A stretch of DNA of 64,000 nt from assembly GCF_947568905.1 (NCBI RefSeq), contig NC_079172.1, positions 43,214,001-43,278,000 of the forward strand. The letters are read 5' to 3'. Both the position numbers and the translations under genes were made by a program. The notes under the pieces are model-generated. The model was not told the origin of the DNA. It did no database searches and saw only the letters and a list, made by a program, of their open reading frames with translations. This DNA comes from Ostrea edulis. Lineage: Eukaryota. Below are positions 37,663-51,178 of this stretch, one piece after another (the stretch's first letter is position 1; every line of letters begins with the position of its first letter).

Positions 37663-38638
37663 CACTAACAAAACCGCTCAGTACATTCTATGCAACTCCC
37701 GGAAGTATTGATTTCTACCCCTGTGCGCATGCCCCAAATGACGTATTTATTTACAAACACAATAACGACAACACAGTATGCAATCAGCTGCTAGCTGACC
37801 GCCTGAGCCGGGTTGGAAATAGTTAATGCAATGTTACTGTTGATTGATTACTTTGGCGCTTTGGTAAATAAAATAGGTTAAATAAAACTTTTGTTTATTT
37901 TGGAACTTTGTCAAATCATTTGAAATATCAATCCTGAAAAGTTCCAAGACTTCATCCTCGTATGGTTTCAACGGATATGATTTTTTTTATTACACTTTAA
38001 TTCACAAACCCTGCAAATGTGCACCAAATTTACCAAAATGTGCATCCATATTTATTACAACTAGGCGCAGGCTAAACAAAGAAATACACAATATTCACAT
38101 TGCACAATTCTGAACACAGCATGCAGCAATACGAGCGCGAGCTGAGTGATTTACAAATGGCTGACAAAATGGCCGACAAGACCTTGCTCAACCGCTTGGG
38201 TTATGTAAACATGACCCTAAATTCTGAATAAAGACTCCCGACATGTCAACAATGAAACGAAAGTAGAATATTCAATTTATTCATACCAAAATACCTCTTT
38301 CTTGTACATAAATCAGCTTTTTATTAATGAATTTTCAAAGTTAGCATGTCATTTTAAGTCCTAAACACACCACTACTTCAAAAACTAATATTTCGGCTTC
38401 TATTTTCCCAATTTTCACCATTTCTTCTTCACGAACTAGCTACGTGACAGGAAATTCAATTTCCAACCCTGCGCATGTTCACCGGGTATTTCCCTTTTCC
38501 ATATTTAGTTGAAAACGAACAGATATAGCGATCCAATCATAATACGGGATTTAGTGAAATCCCGTTCCGGCTTTGGATTTTACGCAATATGTTTACCTCA
38601 TTATGCAAGAACAAAAGTTGCATAGGGTTTTGTTAGTG
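37663..38638. mobile_element. 976-bp non-autonomous element with CAC...GTG termini and 5-bp TSD (Transib/RAG-like architecture)
   Basis: Perfect 13-bp TIR CACTAACAAAACC. TSD AGGGG at 37658-37662 and 38639-38643. Absent from copy B, where the site reads TTCTAGGGGGTATAT. Confidence 0.8.
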
Positions 38639-39545
38639 AGGGGGTATATATGAATAAGCAGCATGGCGTCACAGTATGCGAGATGGCCTGTGACACGACT
38701 AAAACGCGTACTATCAGAAAGAGGGGCAATTACACGCGGCCGCAAGGAACAGCTTGTGGAAAGGTTAGTATACAAATTACAATGATTGTAATATTTTGAT
38801 GTCTTTCTCTCAAAAATATGTAGAAAATGTTACAAAATCCCTTCTGTTTATCATGCAGATCCCTGTCGAGGTACGAAAATTGGAATTCGCTAAACAGCTT
38901 TAAAGACCCAATCTTAAGTTACCCCCCCCCCCCCCCCTCCGAGACATACATGTACATGTGTCTGTTATCTGACGTCCTAAAATATTATCTGTATCCTGAT
39001 CAATGGTAAGCTACACGCCAATCAAACTTTTAACAATACGCCTGCAGGTAACCTCAGCGAGTTTGGTCGAGGCTGGATACTCGGTCCAAATATCCAAGCT
39101 GTCCGCCGCTGCTATATTTTCTCATAATAATATTCAAATTTTTAAAAATCTCTTGGACAATGCAATTTAATCATTATATTTTTCAATATTCTCTCTAGAC
39201 AGGTGTTGTAAATTACACAATCAGAATTCAAACAATAATTTGCACATTAATTTCTAAAACATATAACTTACTGAAATAATTTTTATTAATAATTTATAAC
39301 AGCTTTATATTTATGCATTTATTTTAAAAAGAAATTGTTCATTGACCCATTGAATTAGAGGAAGAGATGGGGGGGGGGGGATAGACCGTGTCAGATCAGA
39401 TAACAATTACCATATATAAGCTACACCCAGACCCAGTAAGACACCCTTAGACATTGGGGGGGGGGGGTGTCTTTAAAATTAACAATAAACATATCGTCAA
39501 TCCCATATTTATACCACTGTTTAGCTTTCTTTAAACTTATTTCAG

Positions 39546-40002
39546 ATTAGAAGCCTATGATAGAACTTTCAATTTTGTTCCTGAACCAATTGTTCTGCCA
39601 CAGCCAGATGCTGTCGATTGGCCACAGTCTGGTTTCCAGCAGTTGCAGTCTATGCATGTGCATCTACTGCCGAAAATCACTAAAGAGCAAATTGAGCCTT
39701 ATTTCATATTTAGATTGGCAGGTACGTAGAAATATAATGTTCACAATAATATTGATAAATAACAAATTCTGTACTACTATGCATGAAAAGTTTTCATGTC
39801 ATTACTCACCAGCTGGTCTTTACTGTTTTAAGTTTTACAAGCACCTAATGATATATATGTAAGCCAAATATCAATTTGTGTTTTTGACTTTTGTTAAACA
39901 TGACATTTGAACAGTATCATAGTTAGTCACTGTACTTGTAGTAGCACATAGGTATTTACATAGTGCATACCACTGGTGGACATATAATATTCCAAAATAG
40001 AA

Positions 40003-40053
<51 letters not shown>

Positions 40054-40406
40054 CTTTCAATTTCATCACTTCTATTTTCTTTAAAAGTTTGCGGGCATAT
40101 ATCACACGATATATGCCCGGAAACATTCCGGCCCGCAAACATTACGTCACAATCAAATTTCTACGCCGTTAATTTTTAAATTTTTCGTGTTTTTCATCTT
40201 TTACTCAGTTAAACCGATAAAGATATTGTTAAAAATAAAATTATTGTTAGTTTCTAAATGAAATTGAAAGTATATAATAAAAAGGTTATAGACTTTGTAT
40301 GGGAAATATGACGACCTCGTTTTTTGTCGCGAATGGACCTCGCAAGCTCGGTCCGTCTACACGCCAAAAAACTCGGTCGTCATATTTTCCCATACAAAGT
40401 CTATAA

Positions 40407-40450
<44 letters not shown>

Positions 40451-40693
40451 TATGACTTATGATATTTACAAGTTAAACACACTGCTACATTTAGATTTAG
40501 TGATACATGGACAAATATAATGCAGAATCTTTTCTATTTTAACCACAGGGGACAAACATGCTGCTTCTGATGTGAAAGCCTTGGTAAAGGGTAGACTTAT
40601 AAAAGATGCAGTAGAGTTTTGGCCTGTTCCATTCTTATGCAGGGAGGTCAAATCTACTTTAGTGGTATTGTTGCTGCAGCCATGAAGAAATTA
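39546..40693 (+). pseudogene. Decayed two-exon fragment of a transposon accessory protein (SWIM/YqaJ-type, ISL2EU or Kolobok)
   Basis: Exon 39546-39721 LEAYDRTFNF...WPQSGF...LPKITKEQIEPYFIFRLA; exon 40549-40693 DKHAASDVKALVKG (frameshift) RVLACSILMQGGQIYFSGIVAAAMKKL. GT-AG sites and phase match; no further exons found. Confidence 0.55.
40284..40408. mobile_element. 125-bp hairpin MITE abutting a (TA)n tract
   Basis: GGTTATAGACTTTGTATGGGAAATATGACGACC vs GGTCGTCATATTTTCCCATACAAAGTCTATAACC (one indel). Confidence 0.8.
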
Positions 40694-42495
40694 GTATGTT
40701 GTCATCATTTTATTGTTATACATATTAACATAGTAATTATGCTGCATACAGTGATATACCAAGATGTATACCCACTTGTGGGAAGCTACATTGGTACACA
40801 TGTACCAATATCAATTAAATGAATCCTCTTAGATAATTTTTTACCCTTTGTGTATTCCATATAGATGAAATATTTCTTCGCGTTTTTGTATAGCTTTGAC
40901 ATATTTCCTGCAAATGTACGTACATTCACGTAACGATGGCATTCTATATTTACACACCACCACAAAATAAGAAAATGAAGATATTATGAGGCACTCATAG
41001 TAGAGTTCTCTAACCACCCCATCCCACCCCCAACGATTGAAAAAAATGAAGTGTAGGGGGGAAATTATTGAGGCAGTCAAAGTAAAAGACTCGTTAACCC
41101 TTCACCCCCACATTAGGACTTTGAACATCAGACCAAACATTTTGGTTTGTTTGGTTTTTTTTTTATTTATTTATTATATTGCAGTTTTCGTTCATCTTTT
41201 TAAACTATTATTTTGAATGGCAAGAAATTTTGAAGAATCCATTTTTCCTTCCTGTTGTACCCCCCCCCCCCCCCCCCCCCCCCCCCCATGAAAAATGACG
41301 ATACATATCTGGTTATTACATGTACATTTCGCTTTGCAACACATGCATGTATACTGATTTTATGGTGTAGAATTGCACCCTTTACCAAGTTTTCCTTCAT
41401 TTACGCAGTGTAAGGAATGGTAAACTAAAATCACAAAACAAAATGCATAAAGACCAAGATATTTTTAAGCGTAGGAACTTCATTCACGAATACATAAATA
41501 CATGTCTTCAGAAAAATCGCATGCATGCATTGCAGGACTATATCATATGTGTGTTTTAACGTTTCTGTAGCATGCCATGATGATTACTTTCAGGCTTGAG
41601 TGTAATTTATTCATAAATATTTTCATTTCGTAGATCTGGCACAATGGATATATACTGAAAATAGACTTACCTCTGTACGTCGAAATTTCAAATTCAAATG
41701 TATTCGATAAGATGTTAGTATTCATAAATCAGTAAAATTCGTGTTGAGGTTTTATTTGATATGATAGTGCCAATATACTGTAATGCATTAGTAGGATATG
41801 CAAAAGGCAAAAGTATAAACATTTTCCTTTTTCATTATTAGTATCAATATCTATATGATCACGAAAAAACATGATATAATTTATATCCGGATTCATATAC
41901 CGATTTAGATATCATTAAAAACAAAGCTGAATAGTTGGGGAGGGGGTTCTAATAAGTCTGATGAAATTAAAAGAAGGAACCCCACATTTACATTCAAACT
42001 AGATGTACTTCAAAATGAATTCATTTCTGCTCTGACTGAAAGCATGATTCTAAATTCGGGAACGAATCTTACATACAAAATAATTAATAGGGGAACACAT
42101 AAATTCGAGCTCCTTTGGAATTCAATGAAATGCAGGTATGCACCTTTCTTTCAACACGAATTGATATGTTGTTTCAGGCACGTATACAGGGGGTTGGGGT
42201 GGGCAGGGAGGCTGGTCTGCTCTCCCCCACGTTTTTGACAATTTATTTTTTTCCGTTATTCTAACATACAAAGTCAGTATTTTCTACATGCGCAGTTCAA
42301 ACTAATATTTTTTTTTTTTTAAATTGTAATGAATTCAATAATAAGCATCAACTCCTGTAAGTTTCCAATATATTGTAATTCACAATTTTTTATATAGCTG
42401 GAAATTTTTAATGCTTGCAATTGTAAGCTTACATTTATATCAGTGATCGATTTTCTTTCCTTCTGTGAAGTGATATATTGTACATCGAAGTAGGA

Positions 42496-42533
<38 letters not shown>

Positions 42534-43597
42534 CAATCAATGAATATGGACATACATAGACCGTAAATAATTATATGGTTCCCAAAGAGACAAAATTATA
42601 TTTTCGTTTATATATTTCCTTTTATACGTGTCTTTGTGTAATCAATTGTTTATTATGGATTGCAAATGCAATACCCGCATTTTCACACAGGTGTATATTT
42701 CGATCATTATTCCCTTATTTGTATATCCAAGTTTGTATATGATCATCAATAAATTTTGAATTGTGCACGCAATATATCCAACCAAATGTTCGGTGTATAT
42801 CATTGGATTCCGATTTTTATAAACTGCAAAACCTCGACCAGACAAGCATTCAATACAGGGAAAAAAATTTGACTCTCAGTCTGACATCTCCCCTGATTGA
42901 AAACACCCTGTTTGGCACGGGTGAAATGTGTTGCAGTCTGTATAATGGAACGACAACGTGTTGTAAAATTTTAACGAGATCCAAATGGAGTTTATCATTT
43001 TGTTTCGTGGATTTATCAGAATAAAGAGAATCTAATATTTTCGGTAAGTGCACATCTCCGATACCTGTTGAGTAGACGTCCGTATTTGATACGGGGTTGT
43101 TGTGGGTTGTTTTTTGTTTTTTGTTTTGGCGAATATGCTATGTGCATTATATATTATGCATATGGCATGCACCTGTATTTTGCAAGAATTGCTATAAATA
43201 ATAGATTTTATGCTCTTTACTTATTCCATTCTATCAGTATGTAATTGGCAAATGATTTTTCCGCATTTATTTCATAAGAAACTGCAAATACTTGCATGCA
43301 CTTGCAAGTATGCAAGAAAAGCTTTTTTTTTTTTTTTTTTTTTTGCATTTTTGTCAAAATTATCTAAACTTTCAGAATGTTGCATGGGTATACAATAAAT
43401 ATTTTGTAATTTTGAGCAAAGCATAATGTTTTAAAATGTGATTTTATTTGTTTCTCATTCCCGATATATTACAATCGGAGATGTGCACTGGTCGAGTCCA
43501 CCTAGAAAAATCACTCAGGTGTGACAATCACATTGGGGTATATACGGGTAGAGTAAATTAGGCTACCTGTAGCAACCACCACCCATTTTTAAAAAAA

Positions 43598-43983
43598 TAC
43601 CCAAAACAATAAAAATCAGGTGTAATTACCAATTTTGAGTATGCTGATTTCAAATTTGGATTCCTTTTACTCCAATTTCTTATAGAAAATGAGGTATAGT
43701 GTCTCAAACACCCCTACCGTCAGGTTGTCAAAAACGGAAAATGTTTCATTTCGCATCAAAAAGTGACCCAACTTTATTTCTTGAAACACCATTACCCAAA
43801 ACAATAAAAAGCAGGTGTAATTACCAATTTTGAGTATGCTGAATCTAATTCTGAATTCCTTTTACTCCACTTCCTTTCAGAAAATGAGGTATAGTGCCTT
43901 AAACACCCCTACCGTCAGGTTGTCAAAAATTGAAAATGTTCCATTTCACATTAAAAAGTGACCTGAAAGTTATTTCTTGAAAT
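43598..43983. repeat. Two tandem ~195-bp units
   Basis: TACCCAAAACAATAAAAA(T/G)CAGGTGTAATTACC... begins at 43598 and 43793. Confidence 0.85.
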
Positions 43984-45689
43984 AAGGCATACAACAGAAA
44001 AGGAAAACAATTAATACTAAATTGTTCCATGAACATTCTTAGTTGTTTTGGAAAGAATATATCTCACCTCTGGACTTCACAGATACAGGAAAGGAAGAGG
44101 AATACGGAGCGGATCAGCGATCTTAAATTTAATCAGATTGAGCCATAGCCTAATGAACTGATGAACAGGAGCAAAAGTAAAATTAATAGGAAAACTGATT
44201 TATTAAACATCAGCAAGTCTTTTCCGAGAACTTCTGGTAGAGCTGTCGGGGGGTGGGGGGGGGGGTGGTGCTGAGTTGCATCATTATCAGAATTTACCGA
44301 AACAGTGGACTCTCTGGCCAGTCTGGGGGCTGAGTTTGTTGCATCAGAACTGACAGAAGCAGAACTCTCTGGCAAGTCGGGGGGGGGGGGGGGGGCTGAG
44401 TGGTATCAGAATCTATTATTTATTTATTTTTATTTTTTCAAAATTCAGAAATTTAAAAACTGCATGATCAGATTTTTTTGTAACACTAATAATTAATGTC
44501 CCTTTATTGCGATGACTCTTCAAGTACAAACCATGATATTTAAAAAATAAATGAAATGAAATGATAGATAAATAAATAAAATATTTGTAAGTTACTTTAT
44601 TTATCTGTAAGTAAGTCACTAATTAAGTGTAACTAGTGGCAGTGCAACTTGCAAGTGAAAATTGCATCATCTGTAGCTTATGACCCCTTTTGCCTTGCCT
44701 TGTAATTAATATTGTTGAAAATTTGACAAATAGCATTTTTAACCCCCCAGTTCATACCCCACTTTTCTTTAAACGTTAAAAATCCAGACTAATTCAGTGA
44801 GGAAGAAATGTCACTACCATATTTCGAATTTCCTCTAGACTATATCAAATTAAATACCGCACTGCTATCAGTCACAGATTGACACTGGTAGGGGTATGGG
44901 GACCTGGTCTGTGAGTGTGATGGAAAAGATTCTGATGAAAATAAAGATTCACTCATCATTCAGAAATGTATAAACATTGTATTATTGTATACCACCGGTA
45001 CGTTGTGAGTACGTTAATAATGTGAGTTATCTTTCCTTGGATATCTAAATCAATCAAATACTATATGAACACGGGCAATTATCGTCCATGTTTGACCTCA
45101 GTATAATTTATTCATGCATAAAATGTATTAATATGTCACTCTTTGTTGCGTATTTCACCGTTAAGTAAATGTTTACATATACTCGCTCTGCTTAATCGCT
45201 TCAATCTCAAAGGGATTTTCTGGAATATGCTTAATCACGTGAGATACGCTAAATATAGCTATTCTAGATCCGAACGATCAACTTCGCATCATTCGTAGGC
45301 ACTAGGTTTATCCATACTAGCCCGTAAAAAATAGGGTGGAACCTCGTCCCACTTTTCCTGTAGAAATAAAAATAGAACATGACGCGCCACCTAGCGAGCG
45401 TGGTTGTTGCTACTACCTGAGAGAAATATGGCGGATAAGATGAGAAAGGTGTACGTATTTATTAATTCATGTCAGCTTTAATAAAAGAAATAAAATCAAT
45501 TCGAACGAGGTGATGGGTGACATTAATCTTTATGTGCAATCGCAAACCCATTGAATACAATGTCGCATTAAAGCATTCAGTGGTGGATGTAGAGAGGGGG
45601 GTGGATTGCATCCCCCCCTTTTTGGGTTGAACTTTTTATATAATTAAAATACATCCCTCCACTTGTTTTGTAGGATGCCCAGTTAATTG

Positions 45690-45807
45690 TCACAAATCTC
45701 AGTTTCAGTTTCAGTTTCCAAATTCTTCGAAATTTAGGGTCTTCTGGGAAAAGAAACAATCCCTGTCCCGATTTCACATTGCAGTTCAAAGCAGCGCATT
45801 GTACCAT
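45690..45807 (-). pseudogene. Truncated THAP zinc-finger N-terminus (transposon-derived)
   Basis: MVQCAALNCNVKSGQGLFLFPEDPKFRRIWKLKL fits the THAP M..C.A..C...F.FP.D...R..W pattern; the CS.HF half is missing. A possible Kolobok-like end (TTAA|AGGTCAAATAC, minus strand) lies at 46067-46071. Confidence 0.7.
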
Positions 45808-46575
45808 AAATACAGGACTTTTCTATGTATACAATATAAAACCCTATCAATGCAATCGAAAGTTGTCTCAGATGACGTCATAAGCTACGAGCGATAACTC
45901 ACGTCACAACACATTTATCGATCGCTCAGGTAAAAAAGTTTGATAGCGCCATGTAATTCACGCCAAGTGATTTTTATCAAAATTGCCATGGAAATTAATC
46001 CATAAGTGTACGACAGACATTTTTCTGTATAAAAGTCAAGTTTTAGGAAAATCACCGTATTTGACCTTTAAGTGGACATCAGTGTTACGTAATCTTGGCC
46101 GAGATTCGGCTCGGTTGGATAATTGAACCGACGAGCATCCAGCCGAACAAGCTGAATCTGAAGACCAAGGGAATGTAGTTGTTCAAATTAGAAAAATCTT
46201 AAATCTCTCTCAGAATTTTGACCATTTCATCTCAATTTCTTTTAAATATATTCTATTTTTACAGATATTACGTTCGATTCGTTCTTTTCGACATTCATAT
46301 TATGCATCAAGTCAGAGCGAAATCTTTATAGAGTGTTGACACAAACAAATAAATACTACACAACTGATACACACAGACACATACATACAGCAAAACATAA
46401 AATATATACTACACATACTTGTAACGCATGTCACACATCTTACAACCTCTTCAACTTATCAATGCATAGCTCTTATCCTTGGACGAATTTGGCTCCACAT
46501 GTTTGGCACGCTGTTTTTGGCTATATTTAGATCTAAAACTTCATAGTTATTTCGGATTTCAAACATTTCGGTTGA

Positions 46576-46619
46576 GCATCACTGAAGAGACATTATTTGT
46601 CGAAATGCGCATCTGGTGC
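46576..46619 (+). ncRNA. Minimal type I hammerhead ribozyme with palindromic helix III (Penelope-like element fragment)
   Basis: Stem I GCAUCA/UGGUGC; core CUGAAGA; stem II GACA-UUAUU-UGUC; GAAA; self-complementary AUGCGCAU; cleavage triplet AUC (after 46613). Confidence 0.8.
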
Positions 46620-47858
46620 ATCAAAATTGGTACCGTATAAGTTTTACATAATTACTTTGTTACCTTCAAAAGGAAGGGAGACTAAACCAGTATTTTCATG
46701 CATGAGCTTTCATTTTGCATGATTAGCTATGAAATGACTTGCACACATATACATCTGCATTTCAGTTACACTTCAAAGTATTTCTTGTAAATCCCATAAA
46801 AAAAATGATTTCGAGATAAAATTTCAATTGGATGTAAACAAGTGACTGCAATTTCTGAATTTACATGTAGCACACATTTTCTAAGCTAGTTTTTTTCCTG
46901 CAAGTACATGTATATATGAAATACGATTTGTTTCTTTTGACACTAAAGTAGTAGAACAAGATTCTTCAGGAATATTCTGGGGCCATTTCAAATATTTCAT
47001 ATTTGTTTTATAGATGACGTTGGTTTTGATGACATTCTTTATTGGGGAAAACCTTGTTAAAGCGGGCCAAGGTGCAACAGAATCCATTTTTCTTAAAGCC
47101 TAATGTCCAATTCCGCATCACCGATGACCAGGGTGAAGTTGTAGCAGACGAAATTTTAGACACGTACATTAGGCCCCTAGTAACTAGGCCTAAAGATGGT
47201 TTACAGAAATGCTTTTATAATTATTGATTAAAATTCACTGCTTGGAATACAAATAAAAACTATAAATACATTTTGTGTGATGTTCAGTAATCACCGCGAT
47301 TATATTTTCCAACACATCTGCAAGTTTAACAGGAAACAGATCATTATGACAATATACACATGTCAGTAGACTAAAACTTATTCTTACAAAATTGGATGGG
47401 TAAATTAAATGATCCGAATAAAATTGGAAAGTACAAAATCCGCGACAATGAATTACATAATGCAGGCGCTTAGCCTATACGCATACGTGCGCAGCTCAGA
47501 GAGAGAGAGAGAGAGAGAGTCCCCAAAACGTCGTTCCGGAAAAAAGACCCAAGTTCAAATTTAAAACATTTTCGGGGATCAATCTGTGGTACATCCCGAT
47601 TATAGATTCATTTTTGACCAATATGGTGCTTCATACTATTTTCTTAAGTCTCAAAGAGACGAAGGATGTGTAATCATTTAGGGTGACACAAGATTTTATG
47701 CCCTAAAACCTTTACAATTTAAAGTTCGAGAATCAACGGCGAGTTAAATAAAATCACGGGATTTCATATTTTATAAAACTAAAGTATATGAAAGCACTAG
47801 AAAATTGTTTATGATTTTTCAATTTTATTTCGTCACTTAGATATCACAGAAGTCCATC

Positions 47859-50228
47859 TTATTCACATCGTCCGTTGAATTCCGTACATCTACTGTTGGA
47901 TTTCCGGATATTTCCCATTTCCTCCATTTTGATGACGTTGCTGTTAAGGAATTCAAATAAGGACTGCAGATACTGGAGTTGATGTGGTGCTACAATCGTT
48001 CATAAAATCATAAGTACAGTTATACATGTAAATGTACGGAAGCATATCAATTTGTTATAACAAACTAAATATACTGTTGCGGCCCTAATATGCTTCCGTA
48101 GTATTATGCACACTGATCTACCAAAATTTTTGTACCAAGATTTCACAAGAACATCTTACATTAGATTCACTGTTTTCCACGATTTAGTGTAAAGTTTTGA
48201 TCATTTATGTCGAAGTTTTAGTGTGACCCTATCGTTAGAAATAAATTGCAATTTTTTTTTCCAAATACATACCAAGATACTTAGACATAAAGTTTGTGAT
48301 GTCAGCTGTATTTCCGGTGCTCATGTGGTTCTCTACTTCCTCGAGGTGAAACATGACCGACTTGACGTAGTCAGTGTACACTTGAAGGATGGTAGTAATG
48401 GCAGGGGTGGCGTCTGTAGTCAGGTAGGTAGGAAGGAACTTCCTCACCCAGGCCTCTGTCTCCGTTAGGGGGTTGGCAACAGGAAACCTATTCAAGATAA
48501 CATTTTCCATTAGAATTCTATATACATTCAGAATTATAAAGGCGTTCTTTTTCTTGCGAATCCGACATTTGGCAATAAGGAGAAATTGCAAAAAGGGACA
48601 AATGTAAAAATCATTTTTTATGCTTACGTTTCTTGAAAATGGCTAGCAATTCCATGGTGGAATTGCCATAGATGATTCATGCTGGGACATTTAAAGAGAA
48701 AGTGATTGTCTGTCAAAAGTTGATTTAGTTTCCCATCGAACACGCTTGGGGACCATTTATTCTCCTCAGCCATGCTCATGAGCATCTTCATTTTCCCAAG
48801 GAATTCCTCGATATCTGAAACATTGCAAAAAAAAAAAAAAGACTGTTTAGACGATCTCTAATTGATTTGAATATATATCTATTTAGTTGAGAAGATTTGA
48901 GGGGATATAGAAATACCTTGCAATTGGAAATGACCAAGGTGATCAATGACCTGTCCGTATGTGTATGACTGCGCTGCCGAAACAATTCGCTGGGCGACGT
49001 TATTCACATTGGCTGTGTCCATTATCCAGCTCTCTAGAATCTTCCTCACGCGCATGTTCATATTCTGTTCATTGGTCATTTCAGGCGATTTCTGCTTCAA
49101 AACATCTACATAGAAAATTAATGTATATGTTGATGTAGATTTGATCGATACCTAGTATATTAGAATTGCCATATTTCATCGATAAAACTAATTGGGGAGA
49201 TTTAAAACTCCATTGTAATTTTAATGATATAACTTATATGAACTTTCATGGAAGAAATTCTGGACTTAAAATTAGCCAAAGGTTAGTGTGTAAAAGTTAT
49301 TAGAAAATATGAAATGCTTACCCTTACAGTGGTAAATATGAACATCGGACAACAGATATTTTCTAAAACACTTTAAGATAGTGTATTGGAATCAGAAACG
49401 TTAGCAAATACTTTTGATCCCCCACGAAACGGACGCGAATTTTAGAAAATGTTTATGCGAGTACCATGCATTAAATCAGTTAATAGAGAATATTTGTGTT
49501 AGTAATCAAGTTCACTTTTACCATACTTACAGAAAACTATTTGGTTGAGTTTTGTAGTTGCGCACTGGAAATGGGCATTCAATAGTTCCCCCGCAATGTT
49601 GCCGAAAGCCCGTTCTCTGAACATCACTTGGTCACTTCTGTACCATGCGCTCAATTTTTCCACAATATCATGTTGTGTTAAAGACATCTCCACTGAGAAT
49701 TCAAACGATATTAATATAAAAACCATTCAAGCTTTGCATGCTTATTTTTTATTAAATGTTTTGGCCTTACATGTGTATGGTCCAACTGGGAAACTGGCGA
49801 AGTGTGGCCTCAGAAGCTTGCCCAACATTCTGGCGCCGGGGACAGGGAATTCTGGTGTAGACTCGCTCCTTGGTTCGATACTCGAGTACTCTGGCATATC
49901 CACATAATCTACAAGCCGCCGTAAGCTTCCTACGAGTCTCTCTAGTTGTCCGACAATGACACGTAGCTCATCATCAGAACCAATAGGCTTCGAGAGTGAA
50001 CCTGAATGAAAATAGAATACATGTAGTTCATATAAACACAAGTCTTCTGTTAAATTTCACTATGGTGGCAATACGTTCACAACATTCCGTGCGTGTTCGA
50101 ATGGTTTAACCCCTTTAGATATAAAGCTCGGAACTACTCAATACGTTTGAAATAGTGGAAATATAGTAACGAAATAACTTACCGTGAAAAACTACGAACA
50201 AAACCACGAGGACTTTCAAGAACTCCAT
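47859..50228 (-). CDS. Uncharacterised secreted protein, 7 exons, 386 aa (copy B)
   Basis: Exons (-): 50228-50183, 50001-49771, 49692-49531, 49105-48917, 48814-48628, 48487-48273, 47989-47859 (1161 nt, open). In-frame 6-nt deletion in exon 2 relative to copy A. Confidence 0.88.
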
Positions 50229-51178
50229 GCTTCGCTTGTTTGGTGTGACTTCTATCACCTGTTGTCTCCTAATACTCGCACTCACTCGCTCACTCCTTTT
50301 ATATCTACCCGGCGTTGTGCTGTGTAACAATGGACCGTGAAAATTTGATGACACGCGCAATTTTGGTTGAGGGGTGATTTCAAGGATGTAATTCATAATT
50401 AGATTTAGCTATTTCATTATCCCCACTCCGTTTATTGTAGAAATGAATCTTTAGAGTGTGTTTATTAAAAAGATTTTTACTACTAAAGAAAATGCACTTA
50501 TGCGCATACTTATATATTGGAATGGAAATGAAAAAATACATAATTGCAATATCCTTGCATAGGCCTCTTCTAGATGTTAAATTAGGAATTTCGTCACGTT
50601 TATCCCGTGAGTGTGTCACGGGTGTATCTTGATTTCATGTAGTTTATTGTCATTTATTTATTTGTAAATTATAAATTTCCTTATTAGCAATAGTGCAATG
50701 TGGTATTGGACTTTTGCGAGAAGGGCTGACGTTTACAATTTACGGCTGACTTTGACACAAGCTTAATATACGGGAACCTTTTCGTGACATATTTGTACAT
50801 ACATGAATAAGCGATGAACAAAGGCAATGTGCAGAAATGTTAGTTGTTCAAAGAGTATTGAGTTGTTCCGGTTCCTTTCCATGCTCGTACTATTTCTCAC
50901 AAGCATTTGGGAAGCAGTAGACGATATTTGACGGTTGATTATAGCCGATAAATGGACTTTATTTCCAGTTCACCATGACGACGCCGAAATTTTCAAGCGA
51001 TGCAGCTGGTAAAACAGAAAACCAAGATAGCGGTGTGATATACCTTGTGAATATTATGTTTACAGGAAGACATTTTTTTAAATTATAGATATTTAATTAA
51101 AACGTCGAGTGTCTGTGCTATTTCTGTTACAGTAAAGTCTGTGACCTAATAATCCCATATATTCCTCCTGCACCCCCG

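Larger units (their letters stand above)
24750..39421 (+). repeat. Segmental duplication, copy A (matches 47097-64000)
   Basis: Colinear high similarity from AAGCC(C/T)AATGTCCAATTCCGCATC to ...CCATATATAAGC (39421 = 64000), covering both genes, HINE, MITE and minisatellite. The unit may extend to ~47096. Confidence 0.95.

Noticed and set aside
37663-38638. CACTA/EnSpm element
   Set aside because: It begins with CACTA, but the empty site shows a 5-bp TSD rather than 2-3 bp.
44133-44496. Short ORFs in a GC-richer patch
   Set aside because: Built on G/C homopolymers and a short internal duplication; no splice-consistent model.
45428-45450. First exon of a gene (ATGGCGGATAAGATGAGAAAG then GT)
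   Set aside because: Plausible start and donor in a CpG-richer patch, but no downstream exon could be linked.
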